From: Candidatus Thorarchaeota archaeon | Lineage (GTDB): Archaea > Asgardarchaeota > Thorarchaeia > Thorarchaeales > Thorarchaeaceae | Assembly: GCA_048884965.1 (NCBI GenBank) | Contig: JBHLQH010000028.1 | Span: 1-46,195, forward strand | Length of the DNA: 46,195 bases | Reading direction: 5' to 3' | In this document: one piece after another, positions 10,877 through 20,826 of the stretch | How the letters are laid out: every line of letters starts with the position of its first letter | Position numbering within the stretch: position 1 is the stretch's first letter | Translations under genes and position numbers: made by a program | Notes under the pieces: model-generated | Seen by the model: the letters and a program-made list of their open reading frames with translations, nothing else | Told to the model about the DNA's origin: nothing | The model's database searches: none

Positions 10877-12898
10877 CTAATATAACTTGGGTGCCAAATT
10901 TATACGCGATATTACTTGATTAAATGAATTACCAAGACCAATTGCATCTAGATACCATTTTATTCCTTCATATCGGGGAGTGTTTTCCGACATCGACATC
11001 TCCAACCCTTTCTCACGGGTGAGAATTCCTTCTCGAATTTGATTGCTTCTGAATGTTTCATTCTCCGTAAAACCTGCCATTGAAAGATAGATGTAATTGT
11101 AGAAGGATGCAGTTCCATCTCCTATACGCCACGTAAGAGATGTGTCACTTGCGATCTCCCAATCATATTCATCGATTAGTGTCTTTGTCACTAATTCTTC
11201 ATCCCATTCAATGAAATCGTAGAGCCGAATATAATTGTGGGGGATGCCATAAAACGAGAAGAATCCAAAGAGTGTATCTAATATCGTACTATTCAGATAT
11301 CTTGGATTTCGTATGAAACTTTTCGCGTAATATGATGCGAGCATTACTTTCTTCGAAAACGATGATAGATCCTTTCCGGATTCAGTGCTGGGAGGAATAC
11401 CGCAAAATGCTGTTTTAAAATGAGTGCGTTCGTAAGGATTAGCCGAAAGAAATGCAAGCTTGATACCAGTTTGACCCATGAGCTTATTTGCATAGTAGAA
11501 GTATTGCTTATCTCCAGCCATAAAAAGTGGAATTGTACCCAAATCAGGCTTTGATAGCCAAGCTTCAACATTCTTTCTAATATTATACCGTTTCTTCGGG
11601 ATGTCCGCTGATACAAGGATGTGCTCCAATCCAAGTTTGCCACAGACACGAGCAATGTTTCTTCTTGCTAAATCGGTAACCATACCCCAATCGTATGTAT
11701 AGGTAATTGGATTCATTCCTAAGACTTCAGTAATGTAATGGACGCCGTAGGTGCTATCACGACCCCCACTAAACATAACGATACAATCCTGTTCATCTGA
11801 CTCGGTTCTGAATTTCTTTGTCACTTTGTCTAACATATCATGTCCTTTCAGTTTAATGGGATTGTATGATTTGCAATAATTGCAAACTCCTTCTTCATCA
11901 AATTCTATGAAAGGGAATGTTTCAGGAAGAATACATTTAGTACACCTTTGTAGCAAGTCTAACTTTTCCCGAGGATACAGCAAAAGAGAAGGATTATCTA
12001 TCACTGACTTACAATGTACAATGCCATATTCATACTCAGAACTCACAATTCGTTCATCAGGAATATTATCAATGATCGACCTATTTGCTCTTGCTAGTTC
12101 TATATCAGACGCCAATGGAACGGAGTCATTAATAGCAAAGCCATTTCGAGAAAGATTCTTCAAACTGATAATCTCTCCAGAATAAGGCATAATTCTTCGT
12201 ATTTTGCAGGTTCCGAAAATATCCTTCAACATGCGATTATTTTGGATTTGCTTCAAGATGTACCTTTCAGACGCGTAGATGAAAATCCCAAGGCCCTCTG
12301 TGTCAAATGTATATAATGATCCATTATTTGTGGCAACAGCTATCGAATCCAAATCCTCGAATTGCAGAATTATAGACGCGTTTCCCTTAATTATAGTCAT
12401 TGCCTGTTTCAATGCCCCTTCTAGGGAGTTTGATTGACTGAAATAATATCTAGTTAAATCCAAAAGTATCTCTGTATCAATATCGTATTCTCTTGACAAA
12501 GAGGGATATTTATCCCATAGGGAAGAAGAATTCACTATTATTCCGTTATGAACACCAACAATGCCACTCTTAACAACAGGCTGATTGTTCTCATGCTTAT
12601 TCTGACTTCCATCAGTGACCAACCGAGAATGTCCAATCAAAGAGATAGGAGATGAAATTTGCTTCTTGGAATCGAGATTCGCATCCAGAAGTGTCTTGCA
12701 CGTCTTTGTTTTGAGCATCCTAGTTGCAGGAATCGGAACTTTGTAAACGTGAATAGCGTTATCCTTTAGCAATGAAAATCCAGCCGATTCTTTCCCACGC
12801 GATTCGGACAGCTTGAATAAAGATTCTACAATCTTTCGAAATACAGAATAAGATAGATTTGATTCTTTTCCTGCGATAACGCCAATAATCCCACACAT
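10877..12898 (-). CDS. Fused class II (Ntn) glutamine amidotransferase + N-acetyl-sugar amidotransferase (WbuX/PseA-like PP-loop ATPase)
   Basis: N-terminal MCGIIG, GHSRLVT, HNGIIVN, DTE; then CTKC..CNYC and PP-loop SGGRDS, WRIGDG. Confidence 0.85.
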   Translation of the reverse strand: MCGIIGVIAGKESNLSYSVFRKIVESLFKLSESRGKESAGFSLLKDNAIHVYKVPIPATRMLKTKTCKTLLDANLDSKKQISSPISLIGHSRLVTDGSQNKHENNQPVVKSGIVGVHNGIIVNSSSLWDKYPSLSREYDIDTEILLDLTRYYFSQSNSLEGALKQAMTIIKGNASIILQFEDLDSIAVATNNGSLYTFDTEGLGIFIYASERYILKQIQNNRMLKDIFGTCKIRRIMPYSGEIISLKNLSRNGFAINDSVPLASDIELARANRSIIDNIPDERIVSSEYEYGIVHCKSVIDNPSLLLYPREKLDLLQRCTKCILPETFPFIEFDEEGVCNYCKSYNPIKLKGHDMLDKVTKKFRTESDEQDCIVMFSGGRDSTYGVHYITEVLGMNPITYTYDWGMVTDLARRNIARVCGKLGLEHILVSADIPKKRYNIRKNVEAWLSKPDLGTIPLFMAGDKQYFYYANKLMGQTGIKLAFLSANPYERTHFKTAFCGIPPSTESGKDLSSFSKKVMLASYYAKSFIRNPRYLNSTILDTLFGFFSFYGIPHNYIRLYDFIEWDEELVTKTLIDEYDWEIASDTSLTWRIGDGTASFYNYIYLSMAGFTENETFRSNQIREGILTREKGLEMSMSENTPRYEGIKWYLDAIGLGNSFNQVISRINLAPKLY

Positions 12899-12958
12899 CT
12901 AGTAATCATCTCTTGTTGTTTCATTTCCTTGAATTTATAGCCGGATTTCTACTTATTG

Positions 12959-14137
12959 CTATGAATCCAGTGAGAGCTTTTGATATAGTTCCAAGAGTTT
13001 TATCGACTCATTGTTCCAATTTAATTCTTGTTCAATCATTGTCGGGCCAGCTTCTGAAATTTGCTGCATTCTAATTGGATCTGCAAGTAGGCTCGTAATT
13101 GCATCAGCGACTTCGATTTCATTGAATGGTGTATTAATAATCATGGCATGTGATTGCTTTAGAAAAATCGAAGTCTGGTTTAAATTAGTGAAAATAAATG
13201 GAATGCCAATTGCGAGATATTCGAAGATTTTATTGGATAAGGACGTATGATTATTGCTTAGGCCTTCATATAATCCAATGGCAATATCGCACTCTGAGAG
13301 CATCTCAAGAAGAGTTACGAAAGGAACCGCACCTGTGAATCGGAACAAATGCGTTAGGTTTAGGTCCTCTATTGAATTCCGAAGTTCTGGAAGAATGGGA
13401 CCATCTCCTATAATCCAAAATTCAAAGCTCAAGTTCCTAGAACTGAGTATCTGAGAAACCATCGGAAGCATCTCATATCCGCGATTTGGCAATACTGCGC
13501 CTGCATAGGCTATGCGGAGAGGGGTGTTATTTTGTGCCTTCCATTTGGGTAGATAACCAAGAGCATCAACGATTTGGTCCAAGTCAGGCAAATTTCGAAG
13601 TAGAGTACCAGGTGTTCTTGTTCTTCTTGATAGAATCTTGACTGCTTGAGAACTCACTCCAATCAAGCCATCTATTCTCATACTGGAAAGGAGTTCTAAA
13701 CCCAGAAATATGAGATAATGCAGATATGATAACTTATCCCGTGCAGCTTCAGGGAAGAGTTCATGTGAATCGTATATCAATTTGATTCTTGGATTTAGTA
13801 ATTTAAAAAATCCAGCTGCAGGTAATGAGGTCAAATCATGTGCATGAACCACATCAATCTCACTACGCATCCTCATGAGCTGTCGAAAGCAGGCTATAAT
13901 GAATTTTATAAGAGCCAAGAATGAAGCTCTCTTATCCATACTCACTTTTGCAACGGGAATCTCGATGACTGAGTCCATCTTCTGCTCAATACTCTCACTG
14001 GTGCAGATGTCAATGACCCTAACTGAGTGACCAAAATTCTTCAAAGCTTGTACTTCTCGAATCACTCTAGTATCAGAATGAAGAGTGTTGTAAAGCGTCA
14101 TTACGATGCGTAATTTCAATGGAGTCATTCGTATCAC
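12959..14137 (-). CDS. Glycosyltransferase family 4
   Basis: DTRVIRE, HAHD, IYDSHE, IGDGP, SNKIFEYLAIGIP. Confidence 0.92.
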   Translation of the reverse strand: MIRMTPLKLRIVMTLYNTLHSDTRVIREVQALKNFGHSVRVIDICTSESIEQKMDSVIEIPVAKVSMDKRASFLALIKFIIACFRQLMRMRSEIDVVHAHDLTSLPAAGFFKLLNPRIKLIYDSHELFPEAARDKLSYLHYLIFLGLELLSSMRIDGLIGVSSQAVKILSRRTRTPGTLLRNLPDLDQIVDALGYLPKWKAQNNTPLRIAYAGAVLPNRGYEMLPMVSQILSSRNLSFEFWIIGDGPILPELRNSIEDLNLTHLFRFTGAVPFVTLLEMLSECDIAIGLYEGLSNNHTSLSNKIFEYLAIGIPFIFTNLNQTSIFLKQSHAMIINTPFNEIEVADAITSLLADPIRMQQISEAGPTMIEQELNWNNESIKLLELYQKLSLDS

Positions 14138-14329
14138 ATCTTCATTACAAACAAATATCTACAATCGGATTTCTTGATATGGAGCATTGAATACTGAAAT
14201 TCACCTTGAGGTCTAGTTATATTTGTTAGTATAGAACCTAATCAGGTGCACAACATTTTTGTAGTGACGCGGATAGCAGAGTTTGCTTACAGAAAATGGA
14301 TAGACGAGCAAAAATGAGAGGAGAACTAA

Positions 14330-16972
14330 TTGCATCTTTTGACGAATAGATGTGAAGCTCTTAAGGAATCTTTCAGAAACCATATTCTCCAAAAGTGGGG
14401 TTCGATTGATCCAGTGTTTCAAAGTCTCATTATATACATCGCATCTTTAGGTGGTTTCCTGTTCTTCTCAAATTTGACAGGTATATTTCTTGCTACTATT
14501 CCTAGAATTGCCTTTGGAGCAATTGCAATTCTAATTATCCCAGGGAGTTTACTAGGACAACATATCCTACCTTCTACTTTGCGAAATATTCTCTCATCTT
14601 CAATTTTGGGATTGATACTGGCGATTTTTCAAATACAAGCATTGTTTGTACTGGGTCTTGCGTTAGATATTCATGTCCCATTACTTATATGGATGGTTCT
14701 TACAAATGTGGTTCTGTTTTTGATTCTCCTAAGCAGCCATGTTCTATCCAAACAGAAAAATGAAATCAAGAGTTTCTTCGTTATAGGTTTGAATAAGACA
14801 TTACTAGGAATCATCACTGTTTCATTTTTGATAAGAATTCTCATGGCAGTTTTCAGCATTGGAGCGATCTCTCCTGATGCCTGTGTTTATGCAGATTATG
14901 CGAGATCCATGATTGACGGTGATTTCCTCACCCATGTGCAGTATGACAGTGCGGTCTATGAGTTGTGGAATGGTTTTGAATATGCATTTCATCAAGCTTT
15001 TGTGTATTTATTCGCAGTATCATGGTTACTTGCACCTCCTACAAGCTCTGGACCGATTCTTATTCTGATAATCATTGGAACGTTGCTAGTTTATTCAGTA
15101 TATGAACTCACAAAATCCTTTTTTGGAGAGATACCAGCAACTACTGTAGCGTTTATCATTTCAATTAACCCACTATATGTATTTCACTCAGCAGTGGCCT
15201 ATGGCCCTGAAATCACAAGTTTGCTATTCATCATCTTTGGAATACTACTTCTTAACCATGAAGAGGCAAATGCACCAACACAATTCCTTGCTGGACTGAT
15301 GTTTGGCTTGGTTGATGTCATTTGGTATGCAAATTTCTACATGTTGGTAATCATAATTCCAATCTTCCTTTTAATCACAAGGCGTGAGGAAAAATCAAAT
15401 CTGGTGACTGCTCTACTGGTTTTTCCAACTCTGTTTCTCGCCAGGGCTTTCTTCGATTCAGTATTATTCTTCTATTGCCTGATTGTCAGTGTACTAATTC
15501 TTTTGAGTGTCGTTTCTATCAAATCAGATAAATCAAATATGAAGTATCCTCTTGCAATCTATTGTGGAACGATATTGGTGATAATACTATGGCGAGGGAT
15601 ACTACAGACCATGCTGATTCTCACCGGAAATCCGATTGCAATACTTGTCAATCAAAGTCATTCGGTGCCTTTGATGGTTATCGTGCCGATCATTGAGTTT
15701 CTCACTTCGCCTTTTACACTTATACTCGTATTGCAGTTCATCGGATTTTCGATATTTCATATCACGCCAGCGATCCTCTTGTTCATCTTCAGTGTGATAT
15801 ATTACAGAAAAAGAGATAGAAATCTTGTTGGATTAGTTGTTCTTGGAGTGTTTGGTTTAGCTGGAACCTTCTTCGTATTTGCTTCCCTATCAGCAGCCAA
15901 AACACTGCTTGAATTAATCTATCTCTACTCAGATTCGAGATTCTTTATTTCACCCGTTTTGTTCTTCGTAATTTCTCTTGGATCTTTGTTTCAGTTCATC
16001 CTTAAGGAAGCAAATGAGATTTCATTTCGAAATGTAGTCCGGCATAGGGGGCAGAAGCAGGAAAAACAGATTTCAACAATATTGATCATCATTATGATTG
16101 GATTCGTACCTTGCTTTGCACTTACTCGAACAGGAATCGATCTGGTTCAAATAGAGAAAAGATATGCATGGCAAGGACTTGTTGATGAAATTCGGGGAAT
16201 TGGAACGGCAGATTCTTTTTACTTGGTGGAAAGAGCAGGTGAATTCACTTGGCTAACTAATAGACAAAGTATGCGAATGCGCTTTTCAGAACCCGGAATA
16301 CCATCATATCAAGCTTATAGCCATCTACTGTCCCGAGTAGAGTACTATGATTTGGATTATATAATGCTTGATCTCTACACGATAGCGCGATGGAATACGG
16401 CAATAGATTTACTTCAAAATCCCCTTGAAAAGGGTGACGCGATTCCAGCAGACGTAGACGATCTGACTCAATATATTGAGTCGAATCAAACAAAAACAAT
16501 CACATCCTTTATTCTAAGAGGGCAAACACCACCGAATTCGGAGGGCGATCATGTTCGAATCTATGAGGTAGGACTCGCAAATTATGAGATGACTGAAACT
16601 GTTGAGATTACCAATTCTAGCTGGATTGCGGGAAATGGAGGAAACTTCATTGAGTATGAAGATTACACTCATATTGCAATTGGATACAATCAGAACTATA
16701 CGTTTGTAAGAAGAGCACTAGGTCCTGATCTTAATATGGGATTGAGCCGCGGTTTTCTGGTTTTTGATTTCAAGAATGCGACTGCAACCATTGCACGTAT
16801 AGAAGTATACAATCCAAACAACGAAATAATCCAGTCTGCAATGAGGGTAGAAGATAATCTATACTACTGTATGTTGGGTAATGTAGTTGTTGGAGACATT
16901 ATCATCGTACTAGAAGGTGTCCCAGGAGATTATGCGGATTTTAACTCTGTGTCAGTATGGCAAGGCATCTGA
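14330..16972 (+). CDS. Large GT-C-like polytopic glycosyltransferase with soluble C-terminal domains
   Basis: 880 aa; N-terminal IIPG TM module, loop SPDACVYADYARSMIDG, INPLYVFHS..GPE, DSRFF; ~280 aa soluble tail; TTG start after GAGGAG. Confidence 0.6.
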   Translation: MHLLTNRCEALKESFRNHILQKWGSIDPVFQSLIIYIASLGGFLFFSNLTGIFLATIPRIAFGAIAILIIPGSLLGQHILPSTLRNILSSSILGLILAIFQIQALFVLGLALDIHVPLLIWMVLTNVVLFLILLSSHVLSKQKNEIKSFFVIGLNKTLLGIITVSFLIRILMAVFSIGAISPDACVYADYARSMIDGDFLTHVQYDSAVYELWNGFEYAFHQAFVYLFAVSWLLAPPTSSGPILILIIIGTLLVYSVYELTKSFFGEIPATTVAFIISINPLYVFHSAVAYGPEITSLLFIIFGILLLNHEEANAPTQFLAGLMFGLVDVIWYANFYMLVIIIPIFLLITRREEKSNLVTALLVFPTLFLARAFFDSVLFFYCLIVSVLILLSVVSIKSDKSNMKYPLAIYCGTILVIILWRGILQTMLILTGNPIAILVNQSHSVPLMVIVPIIEFLTSPFTLILVLQFIGFSIFHITPAILLFIFSVIYYRKRDRNLVGLVVLGVFGLAGTFFVFASLSAAKTLLELIYLYSDSRFFISPVLFFVISLGSLFQFILKEANEISFRNVVRHRGQKQEKQISTILIIIMIGFVPCFALTRTGIDLVQIEKRYAWQGLVDEIRGIGTADSFYLVERAGEFTWLTNRQSMRMRFSEPGIPSYQAYSHLLSRVEYYDLDYIMLDLYTIARWNTAIDLLQNPLEKGDAIPADVDDLTQYIESNQTKTITSFILRGQTPPNSEGDHVRIYEVGLANYEMTETVEITNSSWIAGNGGNFIEYEDYTHIAIGYNQNYTFVRRALGPDLNMGLSRGFLVFDFKNATATIARIEVYNPNNEIIQSAMRVEDNLYYCMLGNVVVGDIIIVLEGVPGDYADFNSVSVWQGI

Positions 16973-17007
16973 GCTTGAATCAGATAAGCTGAGCTTTGAC
17001 ACGAAGA

Positions 17008-17997
17008 CTATACAAAACTATCAATTTGGTTTGCTGTAGGAGGTAACTCCTTAAACCATTCAATAGTCCTCTCAATGCCTTCATCAATCCCGATTTTGCT
17101 TTCCCATCCAAGTAACTTTCTTGCTTTTGATGCATCTGCACATAGTCGAAATACTTCACTTTTAGATGGACGCACTTTTGTAGCATTAAATACAATTTTT
17201 GCCGGGGAACCTGTAGCCTTTATTATTTGATTAGCTATCTCTTCAATTGTTATTTCTATTCCAGTTCCAAGATTAATTACTTCCCCAAATACACTCTTTC
17301 CCTTTGTTGCAGCTGCGATCATTCCACTAACTGTATCTCCAACATAGTTGAAATCTCGAGTAGGACGAACATCACCAAGAAATATCACATCGTTGAATAG
17401 AGCTTGAGAGATAATAGTGGGAATTACGGCGCGTACAGATTGTCGAGGGCCATATGTGTTGAAGGGCCTAATGGTTACGACGGGAGAGTCGAAAGAGCGA
17501 AAATAGCTGTATGCAACCATATCAGCGCTAATCTTACTAGCAGAATATGGCGATTGTCCTTTGAGAGGGTGGCTTTCAGAGATAGGTACTGTTTCTGCTG
17601 TGCCATAGACTTCGCTAGTCGAAGTGTGAATTATTGACTCAGTGCCTAATTCCTTTGCGGCTTCCAAGATATTGATGATGAATGAAACATTGTTGTTGAA
17701 ATATTCTCTTGGGTGAACATATGAATAGGGGATCGAAACAAGTGAAGCTAGATGAAAAACACAATCCACGTCTTTCATAGCATGTGTTACAGCTTCAGGA
17801 TTCTGCAAGTCACCATACACTATCTCTAAGTTATCCGGAAATGGTTTGAGATAATCCAAATTCCCGACATTGCCAGATGCGGTGTATCGCACGAAAGCGC
17901 GCACATTTGCATCGGATTGAAGAAGCTTTTCGACAAGATGGCTACCAATGAATCCTCCGGCACCTGTCACTAGTATTGATGAGTTCCTCAAATCCAT
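17008..17997 (-). CDS. NAD-dependent nucleotide-sugar 4,6-dehydratase/epimerase (extended SDR, LegB-like subfamily)
   Basis: TGAGGFIG, HTSTSEVYG, QSPYSASK, RPFNTYGPRQSxRAVIPTII, RPxKSEVxRL. Confidence 0.9.
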   Translation of the reverse strand: MDLRNSSILVTGAGGFIGSHLVEKLLQSDANVRAFVRYTASGNVGNLDYLKPFPDNLEIVYGDLQNPEAVTHAMKDVDCVFHLASLVSIPYSYVHPREYFNNNVSFIINILEAAKELGTESIIHTSTSEVYGTAETVPISESHPLKGQSPYSASKISADMVAYSYFRSFDSPVVTIRPFNTYGPRQSVRAVIPTIISQALFNDVIFLGDVRPTRDFNYVGDTVSGMIAAATKGKSVFGEVINLGTGIEITIEEIANQIIKATGSPAKIVFNATKVRPSKSEVFRLCADASKARKLLGWESKIGIDEGIERTIEWFKELPPTANQIDSFV

Positions 17998-18090
17998 ACT
18001 CGTTCACATCTCATTAAACCAACTCGTTGGTGCATTCTTATAATCCATTCGATATTCAAAGATAAATTCACCCGGTAGGAGTCTCTTTAC

Positions 18091-19431
18091 CTAAGAGTCC
18101 AGACCGATGATAAACCGTCGTTTTCCCCCCTTTGTTAGAGGAATCTCCTCAACTTCCTGTATTTGAAATTCAATATCAGGAAGATTGTATTCAAGTAATT
18201 TGAGTAATTCAGTTCTATCAATCCGAGTGTCTTTTTGATTTACTACCTGTACCAAAACAATTTCTGGACTTATCTGCTTAATTTGAAATTGCTTCACAAA
18301 TGGGAAAACGTAGCGAAAGATATGTCCGAATACTTCGCCGTGGACTGCATATCCAGTTGGAGATTTTATGACATCCATAGTCCGACCCTCAATGGATTGA
18401 ATAGTTGGCAGAGTTCTTCCGCATTCGCAGGTTTCATCAACATCACGAATAATATAATCGCCTACCTCATAACGAATGAATAATGTGGCGAAATTGTGCA
18501 AATCCGTTAGTATTAACCTACCTTCCTCACCAGGACCAACAGGCATACCATTCTCATCCAAGATTTCCCATACCGCAACATGGGGTAAATAATGATAATG
18601 TCCGTGTTCACATTGAAATGCCTGAGCACCGCCGTCTCGTGCTCCATATTGATCATACACAGGTGAATTGAAGGCTTTCTCTATCTTCTCTTTTTGAACC
18701 GGCCAGAGTTTCTCGGATGTCGTAAATATTGCTTCAAAACTTGGAGGAGTAATACCTTCTTTCTCCAAAAACCCAATTACTTCAGTGATACCCGAAGGTA
18801 GACCTCTAAAGAAGCGGGCTTTTGAATGATACATCTCAGAAATCATGTTTCTAATGGATTTTGGATTCATATGGAAAGTGGAGAGGCTTTTATTATCCTG
18901 TAGCCATGATCGCATAAGATTCGTGAATGTTTCCTTTATCGTACTAGGTTTTGGAAATATGGTTTCCCCAGCTACCGTTACGAGTTTATCGCCTGGACAC
19001 CATCCACCCCAAGTAAAGGATTGTAGCAGGACTCCTGAATGAAGTGACCAGTGATTCAACGATGTGCGATATTCTAGAGGTTGCCCGGTGGAGCCACTTG
19101 ATGCACACATATTATAGCGAACTGATCGCCTTGAAAAGAAATCGGCGAGGTGCTGTTTTACATATGCCTTGTCAACTATAGGTATTTTTGATAAGTCTTC
19201 AATTCCACGAATGTCAGAAGGTGTTATCTTATGCTTCTTCATGATTCGTCGATAGAAGGGAGTGAAATCGTAGGCGTACTTCACAATCCTTCGAATGAGC
19301 TGGTCTTGATTGCTCTTCATCATCTGACGCGATAAGCGTTCATGACCGACGCTGCTATAAAAAGAGTCGACTATCGTCGTTCTAAGCAGCTTATCTGCCA
19401 ATATCACTTTGGGGGGAAATCTGTACTTCAT
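18091..19431 (-). CDS. Phenylacetate-CoA-ligase-like (PaaK/CapK family) adenylate-forming enzyme
   Basis: YAYDFTPFYR, SSGSTGQP, TSEKL, DQYGARD, LTDLHNFA..IRYEVGD, IEGR, LTKGGKRR. Confidence 0.88.
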   Translation of the reverse strand: MKYRFPPKVILADKLLRTTIVDSFYSSVGHERLSRQMMKSNQDQLIRRIVKYAYDFTPFYRRIMKKHKITPSDIRGIEDLSKIPIVDKAYVKQHLADFFSRRSVRYNMCASSGSTGQPLEYRTSLNHWSLHSGVLLQSFTWGGWCPGDKLVTVAGETIFPKPSTIKETFTNLMRSWLQDNKSLSTFHMNPKSIRNMISEMYHSKARFFRGLPSGITEVIGFLEKEGITPPSFEAIFTTSEKLWPVQKEKIEKAFNSPVYDQYGARDGGAQAFQCEHGHYHYLPHVAVWEILDENGMPVGPGEEGRLILTDLHNFATLFIRYEVGDYIIRDVDETCECGRTLPTIQSIEGRTMDVIKSPTGYAVHGEVFGHIFRYVFPFVKQFQIKQISPEIVLVQVVNQKDTRIDRTELLKLLEYNLPDIEFQIQEVEEIPLTKGGKRRFIIGLDS

Positions 19432-19497
19432 TGCTGCAAATCATGCTCGTTGGAGGCACTTATTATAGTTATGCAAGATAATCGAAATATTGAACAG

Positions 19498-20745
19498 TTA
19501 GCGGTTGATAATAGAAGGTATATCATCGAAGCAGAAACTTAGTTCTTTATGTTCATCAGAGAGATCGTGCACATAACGTCTAATTACTTCTGGCTCTCTG
19601 TCTCCCGATATAGCAAAATTGATAATCTCGGCAATTTCCTTCATTTCCGATTCTTTATATCCTCTACGCGTGATTTCAGAGGTTCCAATTCTTACAAATG
19701 AGTCGACGAAAATATCACAAATTTCCAGACTACGCTTGAAGGCAAGTCCTTCTTGTTTTTTCATTGGAAGTAAAATCTGATGCGATTTGCTAATTCCATG
19801 TTGACTATTCACTATAACAGAGTATCCAAGGTTCAGTAGTTCTTGGCCAAGTGCAATCGAATTTCGTACTACCTGTTCTGCATATTCTTTACCAAATTCA
19901 AGCATTTCAAGAATGGCAAATCCCAAAGAAGCAATTCTATGTGAATGAACATTATCAACTAAGACGGTTCCTTGATGTTCTCCAAAGGGATGTTGAGAGG
20001 TTTGAATTGAGAATTGTGATACAACAGACTCGAAAATCGATTTGTCATTTCCAACAACCAAGCCTCCTTGAGGACCTGGAAAGGATTTATGTGTACTTCC
20101 AAAAAGAACAGGAATTCCTTCCTTTAGTGGGTTTTGAAATTGGGAACCTGCTATCAATCCTAAAACATGAGAACCATCAAACACCGTGAATTGCGTATCT
20201 GAAAGATGATCTTGAACTTCTGTAATAGAAATAGGATATGCTATGGCACTTGCTCCAAGTATAGTCAGTTTTGGTTTCTTGCTCTGAAAGAACTCCTCTA
20301 ATTTTGCATAGTCTAGAGACCACTCACTCCGGTCAAATGGTAGATATGCAGCCTTACGTCCAAAGTACTCAATCTGAAACGGATAACCTCCATCATCGCT
20401 CGATATGAGCGCAATTGTATCATCAATAGTTGTTAGTGAGTTGAGAGCTGCCAAATCACACAGATGACCACTGAGAGGGGCAACACATGCAAAATCGCAA
20501 TCGAATAATTCCTTGACAAGGGTTTCAACGAATGCAATTATTTTTCGATTTACTGAACTTCCACCATAAAATTCTGATGAATATCTACCGACAAGGTCAG
20601 AAGATAAAGCGGCAAGGGCATGTGTTGATAGGACATTTTCTGAAGCGACTAGATTAAGGCAGTTCTGCCGCATCTGATTATGTCTTGTAAGATATGAAGA
20701 AAGCTGTTTCATTCCTTCAAACGGAGTTCTTTCGCGATTATTCAA
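19498..20745 (-). CDS. SHMT-fold PLP-dependent enzyme (divergent; probably folate-independent)
   Basis: LNLVASEN, FDGSHVLGLIAG, PLP lysine in GSTHKSFPGPQGG, VRIGTSEITRRG. The canonical YAEG, GGHxSH and folate-loop motifs are missing. Confidence 0.85.
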   Translation of the reverse strand: MNNRERTPFEGMKQLSSYLTRHNQMRQNCLNLVASENVLSTHALAALSSDLVGRYSSEFYGGSSVNRKIIAFVETLVKELFDCDFACVAPLSGHLCDLAALNSLTTIDDTIALISSDDGGYPFQIEYFGRKAAYLPFDRSEWSLDYAKLEEFFQSKKPKLTILGASAIAYPISITEVQDHLSDTQFTVFDGSHVLGLIAGSQFQNPLKEGIPVLFGSTHKSFPGPQGGLVVGNDKSIFESVVSQFSIQTSQHPFGEHQGTVLVDNVHSHRIASLGFAILEMLEFGKEYAEQVVRNSIALGQELLNLGYSVIVNSQHGISKSHQILLPMKKQEGLAFKRSLEICDIFVDSFVRIGTSEITRRGYKESEMKEIAEIINFAISGDREPEVIRRYVHDLSDEHKELSFCFDDIPSIINR

Positions 20746-20826
20746 AGTAGAGTCGCCTATTTTGATGATAATGGAATACCCTTTAACTATTCTGACTCGT
20801 ATCGCCTTAGGAGTATTGAAGAGATA

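Noticed and set aside
19498-20745. Labelling as housekeeping glyA
   Set aside because: Key folate-related motifs are missing and the context is glycan biosynthesis, so the symbol was withheld.
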